From the IMG/VR virus record IMGVR_UViG_3300029913_000003, positions 128,001 through 192,000 of that record: a stretch of 64,000 nt of DNA. One strand, 5' to 3'. This stretch comes from a virus. This document shows, piece by piece, positions 47,541-58,265 of this stretch. The notes beneath the pieces were generated by a model. The model was not told the origin of the DNA, did no database searches, and saw only the letters and a list, made by a program, of their open reading frames with translations. Position 1 is the first letter of the stretch. Each line of letters opens with the position of its first letter. The translations under genes were made by a program, and so were the position numbers.

Positions 47541-50500
47541 ATGATAAATCAACAAAATAGTTTTGTATCATTAGCTGAACAACTAGCTGTATTAAATAAA
47601 AATTCTACGGAAGTTATGACAAAATTAAATGATGTCGTAACTAGTAGAAATTCTGTTATTAACGTTAACTTAATGAATTCTGATGGTACAACATCATCAT
47701 ATCAATTTCCAACTGTTGGACAATTGAAAAATGAATTAGATATTGCGAATAGAAATATTCAAAAATTAGCAGGATTAGCTGATAGTACAGCCTATGTATC
47801 TGATGGTACAACAATGAGAAGAATATATGTTGATGATTTAAATAGTGAACCTAGTCCTATTGATAGTTTAGATACAATTAATAATTTTACTTCTATAAAT
47901 AATTCTTTTTTTGAATCATTATGTGATCCTATATTAGCTATTGAACTTGATTTAACTGATAAAATAGATCAAAAAGTAAAAAAAGTATTATCACGTAGAT
48001 ATATTATTGAATTTCAGAAAGATCAATATGGAAATTTAACATCTGATGGAGCAAATTCTAAATCTGATTTTGAAAATAATTTCTTAAATAGAAATGATAT
48101 TTTTATTGATGATTTAACTGCATGGTATACAAACACTAAAAATAACGGAGTTTTTCAGAGAAATGAACCATATGATGAACAAATATTTGATTTGGATTAT
48201 GATAGCCTTCAATACTATGGTATATTTGATGTTGTTGGTATTGATAATGATACAATAAATAATAAAATGTGGTATGTATTAGGTTCAATTACATATTACG
48301 ATTATACTGGGAATACCAAACAATTATCAGTTGGAGATGAATTGATAATAAATAAAAAAGATTCATCAACATTATGGACAATTAACGAAGTTAGTACTGC
48401 TAAAAGTAATTATAGAGTTATTTTAGAGAGGGTGGAAGGCTTAGATCCTGTGCCTATACTATCACAAGGATTAAAGATTTATAGTCCTGTATTACCAGCG
48501 AGAACAATAAAAATATCTATTGGTTATGACGAGTATAATGTTATATTTATTAAACCGATTAATACTGATTCAAATGTAATTTCGTCAACATGGTCTTATG
48601 GTACATCTTTCTATACCAACAATTTAGTATTGGATACTAATAGTACTGTCTCTATGACAAGATATTATAGTGATAATGTATTTGATTATGGCGCTATATT
48701 AAAAGATTTGATTGCTAAAAATATACCTAGTCAATTTGGAGTTATTCCAAATGTACCAAATTTAACAGCTACTAATTTTAAAGTTTTACAAACAAATACT
48801 CATTTAACAAATACTGCGGATTCCGCAAAAATTCAAAGTTTAAATGTACAAAAAGTATCTATAAATTCTCAATTAGAACAATTAAATGATGCTATTATTG
48901 AACAAAATAAAGAACTTAGTACTAAACAATATAAATCAACATCTGATAAACAAGCTAGTCAAACAACATTAAATAATTTAATAAATCAACAATCTTCTTT
49001 GACTAAATCTTATACATCAATAGTTAATCAAATAACAGCACAAAATACTGGAGCAATTTCAGATGTTGAGGCAGAATTTAGTGTAAGAGGATTTTGGAGT
49101 GTTCCAGAACCTATTATAATAAATACAGTAGGAGAAAATCAAAAGCAAGAGGTTGTTCAATTTATTGTTCAATATAGATATAGTGCAACAGGTGGATCTG
49201 CTCCGACTACTGTTGGATTTGATCTAAATTTAACTGAAAATATATATACTAACTATATTTCAACTGGTGATATTGTAGATCAAACAAAAGCATATCAAAA
49301 TCCAAGTGTATCAACTCAAAGTGTAACAGAAACTGGATATTTTTCAAATTGGTATCAATTTACAACAGATGCTAGAACAAGAACTTATAATTCAGCATTA
49401 AATGTATGGACATGGGATATTGAAGATGTTACTGATGCAAATATAAAAAAAGTAAATCAATTGGATATTCCATTACATCCTAACGAAACAGTTGATATTA
49501 GAATTAAATCAATATCAGAAGTTGGATATCCTGATGCACTTATTACATCTGATTGGAGTAATATTATGACTATTGATTTTCCAGATGATCTTGCACAAGT
49601 AGGTAATGAAAATGCTACAATTTTACAATCTGCTCAAAATGATCAAATATATAATCAAATAGAAAGTGATTTTAATTCAAAAGGACTAACTGCACATTTA
49701 CAACAATCATATTATGTTAACGATTTATATGTTGCTCATACAGATATAAACTTAGGTACATCTTTTAAAGATAGTTCAGGCAATATGATTATGTTGAGTG
49801 ATTATCTAACATCATTAACTAATAGAATTTTAGCACTTGAACAAATTGTTTCTAATGCTAAAGGTGAACTTTCAATTAGTTTATATCAAAATACTAATAG
49901 TGTTATTATACAAAATGGCGCATCTATAACACAAAAAATAGTATGTGAAAAATATGCTGAATTGTCTGGTACAACTACAAGAACGTATTATAATAGTACA
50001 TATTCAACTAATGATTATTATTTAGAATTTGATAATTTATCTCAATCTTCACAATTAGGCTTACTTTCATATAGAAAATATGTACCTACTATTTCTGGTG
50101 ATAATAGATTTTATAATCCAATATATTCAAATGGATCATTAGCAACATATGTAGATTCAAATGATAATTTACAAACACAAGTTGATAATCAATTTGTTTG
50201 GATTTCTGATACATCAGGAAATAATGCTATATATAATTCAGGAGTAACATATGATGCTAATGGATTAGGACAGGTATTATATTCTAAAAATTGGAATATT
50301 GGATTAACTGGTACAACAGTACCAAATTCTGGCGGTACATATTCAACACCAATCAATATTTTTAATGATATTAACTGGACTGGAGGTACTTGGATAGCAG
50401 ATAATAATTATGAAACAGATTTTCCTGTTACTATTCATCCATATATTGATAATATTAACGATTATGTTTATGCTGATAAAAGTGGAGTTGAATTAATTAA

Positions 50501-50726
50501 CGCAAATAGTAAATTTATATTACCTATTAAAATATTTTTTAAATTATCTGGTGGAACAAATGATTCTATAACATTTCCAACTAATTTATCTACATCTCCA
50601 TATGTAATAAGGAAATTAAGAATATTTATTGAATCTGAAAGCTTAACTAGACCATTTGAATTCGAAATTATATTTAAAATATTTAGAAATAATACATCAT
50701 CAAATAGAAGTAGTACAGCATCTTAA
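47541..50726 (+). CDS. large Asn/Ser/Thr/Tyr-rich protein, a putative structural, fiber or surface protein
   Basis: 1061-aa ORF with low-charge, beta-prone composition. It is adjacent to a second ~1,100-aa protein. Confidence 0.5.
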   Translation: MINQQNSFVSLAEQLAVLNKNSTEVMTKLNDVVTSRNSVINVNLMNSDGTTSSYQFPTVGQLKNELDIANRNIQKLAGLADSTAYVSDGTTMRRIYVDDLNSEPSPIDSLDTINNFTSINNSFFESLCDPILAIELDLTDKIDQKVKKVLSRRYIIEFQKDQYGNLTSDGANSKSDFENNFLNRNDIFIDDLTAWYTNTKNNGVFQRNEPYDEQIFDLDYDSLQYYGIFDVVGIDNDTINNKMWYVLGSITYYDYTGNTKQLSVGDELIINKKDSSTLWTINEVSTAKSNYRVILERVEGLDPVPILSQGLKIYSPVLPARTIKISIGYDEYNVIFIKPINTDSNVISSTWSYGTSFYTNNLVLDTNSTVSMTRYYSDNVFDYGAILKDLIAKNIPSQFGVIPNVPNLTATNFKVLQTNTHLTNTADSAKIQSLNVQKVSINSQLEQLNDAIIEQNKELSTKQYKSTSDKQASQTTLNNLINQQSSLTKSYTSIVNQITAQNTGAISDVEAEFSVRGFWSVPEPIIINTVGENQKQEVVQFIVQYRYSATGGSAPTTVGFDLNLTENIYTNYISTGDIVDQTKAYQNPSVSTQSVTETGYFSNWYQFTTDARTRTYNSALNVWTWDIEDVTDANIKKVNQLDIPLHPNETVDIRIKSISEVGYPDALITSDWSNIMTIDFPDDLAQVGNENATILQSAQNDQIYNQIESDFNSKGLTAHLQQSYYVNDLYVAHTDINLGTSFKDSSGNMIMLSDYLTSLTNRILALEQIVSNAKGELSISLYQNTNSVIIQNGASITQKIVCEKYAELSGTTTRTYYNSTYSTNDYYLEFDNLSQSSQLGLLSYRKYVPTISGDNRFYNPIYSNGSLATYVDSNDNLQTQVDNQFVWISDTSGNNAIYNSGVTYDANGLGQVLYSKNWNIGLTGTTVPNSGGTYSTPINIFNDINWTGGTWIADNNYETDFPVTIHPYIDNINDYVYADKSGVELINANSKFILPIKIFFKLSGGTNDSITFPTNLSTSPYVIRKLRIFIESESLTRPFEFEIIFKIFRNNTSSNRSSTAS

Positions 50727-50746
50727 ATATAAAATATTAAAAAATT

Positions 50747-53700
50747 ATGATAAATAATAGCTTTCAATTATTAAGAACAAATCCAGCACTAACAACTAAT
50801 GTTAAATTAGTTGTTAGTTCTGATTATAAGTTCTATTTAGAATCATTTGATACAAATTCTCAATTATCTAATCAAAAATATAAACATTTTTCAATATCAA
50901 AAAATAATTTATATGAAAATCAAATTGTTAAATTTTATGATGGACTATCATCACAATTGGCATTTGATGTTAAATATGATTCTGATGATTCTACTGTATT
51001 TTCTAAATACGAACAACAATTTGATGATATTTATTGGAGTGGTGCTAAATCAGTTGAAGATACATGGTATAATGAAACATATGAATATTTTGCGCCATTA
51101 TTTATAAGAAAAAATAATATACCAGATGGATTTGTTATATTAAGAGTAGATGATTCCGCTCCTTATGATATCCAAGATGATGATTTAGGTGCTGGTAAAA
51201 TTACAAAAGATAATTTTAATTCTCAAATTGTTAATAATTGGAAATGCGTATCTTTTGTTGATATGAGATATAATACAGATTTAGGATTATTTTTAAATAC
51301 AAATATTACAAATAATACATCATATCCAGAAAGATCATTTGATTTGGATTTTAGATCATATGAATATTCTAAATTTTACGGAATAGATTATAATAATGGA
51401 GGATATGTTAATATTTCTAATTTTTTACAATCAACATTGCAATATGAACAACCACATTTTAAACTTGAATCTGATATTATAGAGTCATTTAAAACAAATA
51501 ATTTAATATATCCTCATATTTTAAATTTTAAATTTTTATTTAATGATGTACCAGCAGATCCTGTTAATATACATAATTATTCATTAAATAGATATTATGG
51601 TTTTTATGCTGATAAATTAGAATTGATTACTAATTTAACTTCATATATAACTCCAGAATTGATAAGTGGATTTACATTGAAGAATAATATATTTGGCTAT
51701 ATGTCAGGAAGTACTTTCATACCAACTAATGAATCTCCATTTGTAGAAGGTTTCTTTTTAGATAAAACTTATTGGATACAACTTACGTCATCTGAGACTG
51801 ATAATGAATTTTATCAAGTAGTACTAGTGTATAATAACGGTGTTAATACATATAGAGTTATTAGTGATTTTGATATGAGTGGTTCTACTTTTAATGTTTC
51901 AAATGATAGAACGTGCTTTATTAATTATACTGATGGCTATATTTATAATTGTCAAACTATTAATAATCCATCAGGTATTACTAATTATATATCTGGATAT
52001 ACTTCTAACTTTAATATTGATCCATATTACTCAGGAAATACTATTAAATCAATGTATGGTGATTTATATTTAATACTAATTGATGGTATATATCATGTAC
52101 TAAAATGTAAAAATGATAGCTATTTTATACAAAGTGATTACGCAATAAATTCTTACACAACAGGACTAGAATATTGGAAAGGTGGTAAAAATAGTAATTA
52201 TTATACTACAAAACAAATTTATACATATGGAAATAAACCATTAATCTATCCTGTGTATAGAATAAAATTTAATGATATTAAAGATTTTGATTTTAATAGA
52301 GTAAATACACATTTTGCTGATTTTGACTATGAAAAAGATATTTATACTGCAACTGATGAACAAAAATTATATGCTATAGATTATACTGATACTTCAGTAT
52401 TAAGTCAAAATTATATGACATATCCAAGAGGTGAAGATGGACAATATCAAATAATGAATGTATCTTCTGAATATATCGCAGATGACGAACTTTATGAAAT
52501 ATCATTTAACGATTTAACAGAAATATGGAGAAAAAATCCATCAGTTGTAAAATGGGGGTTCGCTGGCTCAAATTCTAATTGCGATTATCCATATAAATTA
52601 AATAATTCAATTAGTATAGGAGACGTATTTAATGCAACTGCAGATGTATTTAGCTTGCTACCAACAGAAGTAGAAAAAAATTTAGATTACTGCTACAGAA
52701 TAGGTAATTTTTTCTCAGGTAATACAAATAATATTATTAAATATTTAAATCAAACTACTAACATAGAAGTAGATTTTATGGAAAATTATAGTAAAAAATT
52801 TAATTTAGATTTATATCTAAATTCAAATGTTGATTATTTTGATTATTTTTTTAAAAATAAAACATATTTTACTATAGATGATATTAATTATACAAAACAA
52901 ACATTAAAATATTCAACTTTTCAAGCAGGCGATATATATACAGCATCTAGTACATTATTTAAAGGTTTAAATATTAACGCATTAAATGTTACAAGTGTAT
53001 CAAGAGATATTAATGGATCAATTACAAGTATAGTTGCTGATAATAGTAAAAATTTTAATGATTATAAATTTGCAATAATTCTTAATGATGTTTATCAATA
53101 TTATACTGGTAATACATATGATTCAACATATGAAGGTGGATTATCAGGAAATACGATAATTGATATATCATCAAATGCAATACACGCATTTTTAAATGAA
53201 GAATTTAAAAATATTTTAGTTGTTGTTAATGTTAAAATACCAATTCAAAAAAATTATATTAGTTTAAATAATGTCGCCTTTTTTGGTGAAAAATTTGGAT
53301 TATATAATTCAAAAACATTAGACGGTAATAGTTTAGTCTATCCAGCAAATGTTAAAGAATTCGATCCATCATTAATAGTTGCATCAAATATATTTAACGC
53401 ATTTTATGATATGAATTCATTATCAGAATTTGATTCTGGTATAACATATTATTATATCAATTCAATTGGACAATCTGGATATACAGCACCTATGAATACA
53501 ACTGGAGGTACCATGGCATTAATACCTGATTGGGTTAAAAATGATACTCCATTTATTTTAAATTTAAATGATCCAGCAGTTTTAACAACTAAACAAAATT
53601 CATATATTAAAACTGCAATAAAAGGACCATTAACTAATATTTATGATAAATATCAAGTGTATTACGATACAAATCAAAAAACTAAATATAATGTTTCTGA

Positions 53701-54181
53701 ACCGTTAGCTAGATCTATGTCATTAAATATACAACAAAATATAATGAATACTTCAAACGGCGTATCATCAGATAATTCTATTTATAGATATAACGGCTCT
53801 TATGAACCAATATTTAATACAATACCAGTATTTAATAATACATTTTTATATGAATCAGGAAATACTATAAGTCAATTTGAATCAAACTATAAATTCGATA
53901 CTTCATTTGAAAACTTCGGTATGATTGAAGAATTAATTTATTCAAAAATTAATCCTGTAATATCTCCATTAAAATTAAGTAATACTAATACTGATGTATC
54001 TGTGTATCCAATAGTTGACGAATTTGGATATCAGTTTTCTTCAAGATTTATATTTAGCTCATCTTGGGATAACGATTTTTATGTAATAACAAATAATACT
54101 CAAAATATGAATAATAATGTCTTTTCAAATTTTTCTAACTATGAATATATAATTGATCCAATAAAAAATATAAATGATTAA
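50747..54181 (+). CDS. large Asn/Ser/Thr/Tyr-rich protein, a putative structural, fiber or surface protein
   Basis: 1144-aa ORF. Its stop overlaps the next gene's start. Confidence 0.5.
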   Translation: MINNSFQLLRTNPALTTNVKLVVSSDYKFYLESFDTNSQLSNQKYKHFSISKNNLYENQIVKFYDGLSSQLAFDVKYDSDDSTVFSKYEQQFDDIYWSGAKSVEDTWYNETYEYFAPLFIRKNNIPDGFVILRVDDSAPYDIQDDDLGAGKITKDNFNSQIVNNWKCVSFVDMRYNTDLGLFLNTNITNNTSYPERSFDLDFRSYEYSKFYGIDYNNGGYVNISNFLQSTLQYEQPHFKLESDIIESFKTNNLIYPHILNFKFLFNDVPADPVNIHNYSLNRYYGFYADKLELITNLTSYITPELISGFTLKNNIFGYMSGSTFIPTNESPFVEGFFLDKTYWIQLTSSETDNEFYQVVLVYNNGVNTYRVISDFDMSGSTFNVSNDRTCFINYTDGYIYNCQTINNPSGITNYISGYTSNFNIDPYYSGNTIKSMYGDLYLILIDGIYHVLKCKNDSYFIQSDYAINSYTTGLEYWKGGKNSNYYTTKQIYTYGNKPLIYPVYRIKFNDIKDFDFNRVNTHFADFDYEKDIYTATDEQKLYAIDYTDTSVLSQNYMTYPRGEDGQYQIMNVSSEYIADDELYEISFNDLTEIWRKNPSVVKWGFAGSNSNCDYPYKLNNSISIGDVFNATADVFSLLPTEVEKNLDYCYRIGNFFSGNTNNIIKYLNQTTNIEVDFMENYSKKFNLDLYLNSNVDYFDYFFKNKTYFTIDDINYTKQTLKYSTFQAGDIYTASSTLFKGLNINALNVTSVSRDINGSITSIVADNSKNFNDYKFAIILNDVYQYYTGNTYDSTYEGGLSGNTIIDISSNAIHAFLNEEFKNILVVVNVKIPIQKNYISLNNVAFFGEKFGLYNSKTLDGNSLVYPANVKEFDPSLIVASNIFNAFYDMNSLSEFDSGITYYYINSIGQSGYTAPMNTTGGTMALIPDWVKNDTPFILNLNDPAVLTTKQNSYIKTAIKGPLTNIYDKYQVYYDTNQKTKYNVSEPLARSMSLNIQQNIMNTSNGVSSDNSIYRYNGSYEPIFNTIPVFNNTFLYESGNTISQFESNYKFDTSFENFGMIEELIYSKINPVISPLKLSNTNTDVSVYPIVDEFGYQFSSRFIFSSSWDNDFYVITNNTQNMNNNVFSNFSNYEYIIDPIKNIND

Positions 54182-54498
54182 TGAAATATATTAAAACTTT
54201 TGAAAATGAATTATATAATGAACCAACATATTGGTTATTGCCGACTGATGATAGATTTGAAAAATCTTTAAAACAAATAAAATGTCCTAATAATAATATT
54301 AAATTTTTTTTAAATAATAATAGAATTAAAAATATTAAATATGTATTCATTTGTTATTCACCATATAATAAACAATGGGAATGGAATTCATATAAAGGTA
54401 AATTACTTGACGATTATCTTGAAGAAAATAATTATAAATTTGGTGGACATATAAATATGAATGAATTAGAATTAATTGCTGATAAATTTAACATATAA
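54181..54498 (+). CDS. MKYIKTFEN...KFNI family member, WLLPTDDRFE subtype
   Basis: YWLLPTDDRFEKSLKQIKCP, paralogous to 54503..54895. Confidence 0.55.
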   Translation: MKYIKTFENELYNEPTYWLLPTDDRFEKSLKQIKCPNNNIKFFLNNNRIKNIKYVFICYSPYNKQWEWNSYKGKLLDDYLEENNYKFGGHINMNELELIADKFNI

Positions 54499-54502
54499 CT
54501 AT

Positions 54503-54895
54503 ATGAAATATATAAAAATGTTTGAAGAAAATATATATGAAAATATATATGAAAATATATATGAAAATATATATGAAAATATATATGATAGTAGATGCTA
54601 TTGGTTATTACCAACTGATGATAGATTTGAAGATTCTTTAAAACAAATAAAATGTCCTGATTTTAAAATAGAACAATTTTTAGGTAATAAAAATATGAGA
54701 CAATATAATTATGTATTTGTTGGATATAATCCAACTAAAACTGTAGATGACGATGTTAGTCTTTGTTGGGGCTGGAACTATAAAGTTAATTGGAATAAAA
54801 ATACTGAAGATTTTTATGAAAAAAAAGGATATAAATTTATGGGAAATATAAATATACCTGATTTCGAATTTGATGTAAATAAATTTAATATATAA
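54503..54895 (+). CDS. MKYIKMFEEN...KFNI family member with an (ENIY)x5 insert
   Basis: Start reset to MKYIKMFEEN at 54503, the family junction right after the upstream KFNI stop. Contains CYWLLPTDDRFEDSLKQIKCP. Confidence 0.5.
   Translation: MKYIKMFEENIYENIYENIYENIYENIYDSRCYWLLPTDDRFEDSLKQIKCPDFKIEQFLGNKNMRQYNYVFVGYNPTKTVDDDVSLCWGWNYKVNWNKNTEDFYEKKGYKFMGNINIPDFEFDVNKFNI
54527..54586 (+). repeat. 12-bp perfect tandem repeat gaaaatatatat x5 within a CDS, encoding ENIY x5
   Basis: Direct reading of the sequence. Confidence 0.9.
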
Positions 54896-54910
54896 AAAAA
54901 ATAATAAATA

Positions 54911-55645
54911 GTGAAAAGTAATTTAATATTAAAAAAATTTTCTGTAAACTCTGTGCCAGGTACAATGAATCAAACAGAATTAAGAACTTTTTTTGGAGGT
55001 AAAATAATATATACCGAAGATGAAATCTATATTAACGACGACGCTATAAAATTTAGTCAAATTGTTAACAATACTATCAATGGTAATAACGGATACCAAT
55101 ACTATGATATAACTACAATACCCGATGATTGGGAAATTACATTCAATGAAAATTTATCAGATTTAAAACAAAATAATCAAGTAATTTCACAATATAGTCA
55201 AACACAATCAGATAAAAATAATAATACCAGATGGCTAATAAATATTAACGGAGCACAAATATTAAAAGATTATTTATTCTTTAAAATTAAAGAACAAAGA
55301 GTATTTAAAATAATAAGACAAAATGATATATATTCTAATGATATTAATAACGCAATATATGAATATATAAATCAGAATATTTTTAATAGATATAAATTAG
55401 ATTCTATACAATTTTATGTAAACTACTATAGCATTACAGATCAAACTATTTATAATAATATTGTTCTACAATATAATCCAATATTTAATCCAGATGTATA
55501 TCAAACAGCAAATTTGACAAATATAAGTATACAAAATTATGATCCTTATAATTTTAATTCTGTGTCAATATTATATAATCAAAGTAAACCATCTAATCAA
55601 TATAATTTTAACTATTATTTTGATATTAATTTTGCAAAAATTTAA
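54911..55645 (+). CDS. hypothetical Asn/Tyr-rich protein
   Basis: 244-aa ORF. Confidence 0.45.
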   Translation: MKSNLILKKFSVNSVPGTMNQTELRTFFGGKIIYTEDEIYINDDAIKFSQIVNNTINGNNGYQYYDITTIPDDWEITFNENLSDLKQNNQVISQYSQTQSDKNNNTRWLININGAQILKDYLFFKIKEQRVFKIIRQNDIYSNDINNAIYEYINQNIFNRYKLDSIQFYVNYYSITDQTIYNNIVLQYNPIFNPDVYQTANLTNISIQNYDPYNFNSVSILYNQSKPSNQYNFNYYFDINFAKI

Positions 55646-55692
55646 ACTAACTTCTATTTATATTATATATAAAATAAACTCATTCTACAACT

Positions 55693-56151
55693 ATGTCAGA
55701 AAACATTGAACTAGACTCAAGACAAAAATTTCAAAAAAAAATGATAGAATCTACAAAACAATGGATCGCTATTGTTAATAAATTAACTAATAGATTAATT
55801 AACGACGATCTAAAAAATATTGCAGATATTCAGGCAGAAGCTATAAGTCAACGACAAATTGTAGTCGAAGAAATTAAAAATTATAGCGTTAAAATACATA
55901 AACTGGTTCAAAAAACAAAAGTTCTAACAAAAGAAAGATTTGAATTCTATGCAACATCATATCAAGTTAAAACGTCTGGAACAGAAAAATTAAGACTTAT
56001 CGAAGCAGATTTATCAGAACATCAATGCTTTATAAATGAACTAGATGAACATGTAAATTTTTTAAGAGATACTTCTAAAAATCTAGAATCTATAAACTAT
56101 TCAGTTAAATCTAAAATTGAACTGGCTAATATATTAGGAGGTTACAAATAA
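55693..56151 (+). CDS. hypothetical helical protein
   Basis: 152-aa ORF. Confidence 0.45.
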   Translation: MSENIELDSRQKFQKKMIESTKQWIAIVNKLTNRLINDDLKNIADIQAEAISQRQIVVEEIKNYSVKIHKLVQKTKVLTKERFEFYATSYQVKTSGTEKLRLIEADLSEHQCFINELDEHVNFLRDTSKNLESINYSVKSKIELANILGGYK

Positions 56152-56384
56152 TGATAACTAATAATTATATTAAAAAATTTGAAATAAAATCAGATTTTAT
56201 AATAGCAGAAGGAATGAATAGCCCAAAAATTACAATAATACATTTCGATGACTCAAAATATATTTATAATTCTGACAAACTATCATTTGATTTATTAGAT
56301 AATACTATTAAAAACCATATAAATATTGTTTGTTTAAAACAAATTAGAAAAAAGAAATTATTTTTATTAAATGAAATTAGATGA
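56151..56384 (+). CDS. hypothetical small protein
   Basis: 77-aa ORF with an ATGA overlap. Confidence 0.4.
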   Translation: MITNNYIKKFEIKSDFIIAEGMNSPKITIIHFDDSKYIYNSDKLSFDLLDNTIKNHINIVCLKQIRKKKLFLLNEIR

Positions 56385-56553
56385 TTTGGCATATAAATTA
56401 TTTATAGAAAAATTTGGATTTATTTCAATTCAGGATTTTAAAATTAATATTTTTATGAAAAATAAAAATAGATATAAATCATATTACGATAAAGCAAATA
56501 AAATTCTAAGAAAAGAAAAATTAAAGACATTAAAATCATATGGAACTAAATAA
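56371..56553 (+). CDS. small protein with an RKEKLKTL terminus, tandem paralog 1
   Basis: ...YKSYYDKANKILRKEKLKTLKSYGTK. Confidence 0.4.
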   Translation: MKLDDLAYKLFIEKFGFISIQDFKINIFMKNKNRYKSYYDKANKILRKEKLKTLKSYGTK

Positions 56554-56713
56554 TTTAGCATATAAATTATTAATAAACTACTTAGGATTTACTCCAAAGT
56601 ATTATTGTAAAAAAGATTTTTTTATTAAAAATAAAAATAATTTTAAATCATATTACGATAAAGCAAATAAAATTTTAAGAAAAGAAAAATTAAAGGCATT
56701 ACATGAAATTTAA
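56540..56713 (+). CDS. small protein with an RKEKLKAL terminus, tandem paralog 2; below the ORF-track threshold
   Basis: Hand translation gives MELNNLAYKLLINYLGFTPKYYCKKDFFIKNKNNFKSYYDKANKILRKEKLKALHEI. It overlaps the helicase start. Confidence 0.35.
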   Translation: MELNNLAYKLLINYLGFTPKYYCKKDFFIKNKNNFKSYYDKANKILRKEKLKALHEI

Positions 56714-58265
56714 ATTAAATAAAGACAATTCAAAGTTAATTTTAACAGAATCAACCAAAGGAGAATATAACCAACTTAAACTATATCTAACCAGAAAAGT
56801 TCATAACTACCGTTTTATGAAAAGGTTCAAGCTTGGTGTATGGGATGGAAGTATAAGTTATTTTGGAAATCCAGGTGGATCAATTGACTTTGGATTATGG
56901 CAAGAAATATATAAATGTTGTAAAGAGTATGGTTATAAATTTATAATTGAAAATCAAGAACAATTTCCACGTAATAAAGATATATTAAGAGAAAATGTAC
57001 AAGATTTTGTGACTGAATTTTATAAAGATCATAAAACTCCTGATGGTAAACCTTTTATGCCATATGAACATCAAGTAGATGCAATATTTCAATTATTAAA
57101 ACATCAATATGGATTAATTGAAATTGCTACTGCTGGAGGTAAATCATTGGTATTTGGCACATTACTATTTTATTATTTAAAAAATATAAATACAAATGCT
57201 AAATTTTTATTGATTGTCCCAAGTATAAGTTTAGTTACTCAATTTTATAATGATCTTAATGATTATAATTACGGTTTTAATAATGATAATAAAAACCCTA
57301 TTGATATTAGAATTGATGAAGTTATGAGTGATAAACCAAGAAAATATAGAGATGGTGAAAAAATACCAAATATATACATTGGAACTTATCAATCATTAGA
57401 AAAATATCCTAAAACATTTTTTGACCAATTTGAAGTTGTAGCATGTGATGAAGCACATACTGCAAAAGCTATTACCATTCAAACTATTTTAACAAAAACG
57501 TTTGGAGTTGCAAAATTACGATTCGGAATGAGTGGATCTTATCCTTCGGATTCTTCAATAGAAATATTAACAATTCAATCTTTAATGGGTCCTAAATTAA
57601 TAAATATTAGTGCTAGAAAATTAATAGATAAAGGATTAATATCAGATCTTAAAATAAAAGTTATCATGTTACATCATGATAATCATAAATTTGCAGAAGG
57701 AGTTAATAATATAAAAAAAACTGACGGTCAACGTGCATGGATTTTAGAACGTGAATACGTACATAATTCAGCAAAAAGAAAAACATTTATTAAAAATTTA
57801 ACAGATAAATTTAAATCTAATTCTCTTATATTATTTCATACTATTACTTATGGAACAGAATTATATAATTATATCAAAGATAATTGCATTGGTAAAGATG
57901 TGTTCTATATTGACGGTACAACATCTACAGAAAAAAGAGAATATATCAAGAAAAAATTAGAAGATACTTCAGGTAATCCTAAAATACTTTTAGCATCTTT
58001 CGGAGTATTTTCTGTCGGCGTAAGTGTTAAAGCAATAACAAATATTATCTTTGCGGATTCTTATAAAGAGCCTAAAATAATAAGGCAAGCAATAGGGAGA
58101 GGTCTAAGATTACACAAAGAAAAAACAAAATTAATCGTATTTGATTTGGTAGACATTTTTCATCCTGACTATAAAACAATATTATGGAAACAATATGAAT
58201 CTAGAAGAGATGAAGTATATAAAAAACAACAATATCCTTATGATGAATTAAAGGTCAAATTATAA
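56703..58265 (+). CDS. SF2 DEAH-box helicase, resembling phage or viral replication/transcription helicases
   Basis: Motif I ATAGGKS, motif II VVACDEAH, and motif VI RQAIGRGLR. Confidence 0.6.
   Translation: MKFKLNKDNSKLILTESTKGEYNQLKLYLTRKVHNYRFMKRFKLGVWDGSISYFGNPGGSIDFGLWQEIYKCCKEYGYKFIIENQEQFPRNKDILRENVQDFVTEFYKDHKTPDGKPFMPYEHQVDAIFQLLKHQYGLIEIATAGGKSLVFGTLLFYYLKNINTNAKFLLIVPSISLVTQFYNDLNDYNYGFNNDNKNPIDIRIDEVMSDKPRKYRDGEKIPNIYIGTYQSLEKYPKTFFDQFEVVACDEAHTAKAITIQTILTKTFGVAKLRFGMSGSYPSDSSIEILTIQSLMGPKLINISARKLIDKGLISDLKIKVIMLHHDNHKFAEGVNNIKKTDGQRAWILEREYVHNSAKRKTFIKNLTDKFKSNSLILFHTITYGTELYNYIKDNCIGKDVFYIDGTTSTEKREYIKKKLEDTSGNPKILLASFGVFSVGVSVKAITNIIFADSYKEPKIIRQAIGRGLRLHKEKTKLIVFDLVDIFHPDYKTILWKQYESRRDEVYKKQQYPYDELKVKL

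Noticed and set aside
56133-56150. Shine-Dalgarno-like AGGAGG nine nucleotides upstream of the 56151 ATG
   Set aside because: It is the only such case seen and it lies within the coding sequence of the upstream gene (…GGYK*). Other starts are preceded by A/T-only sequence, so this is treated as coincidence.
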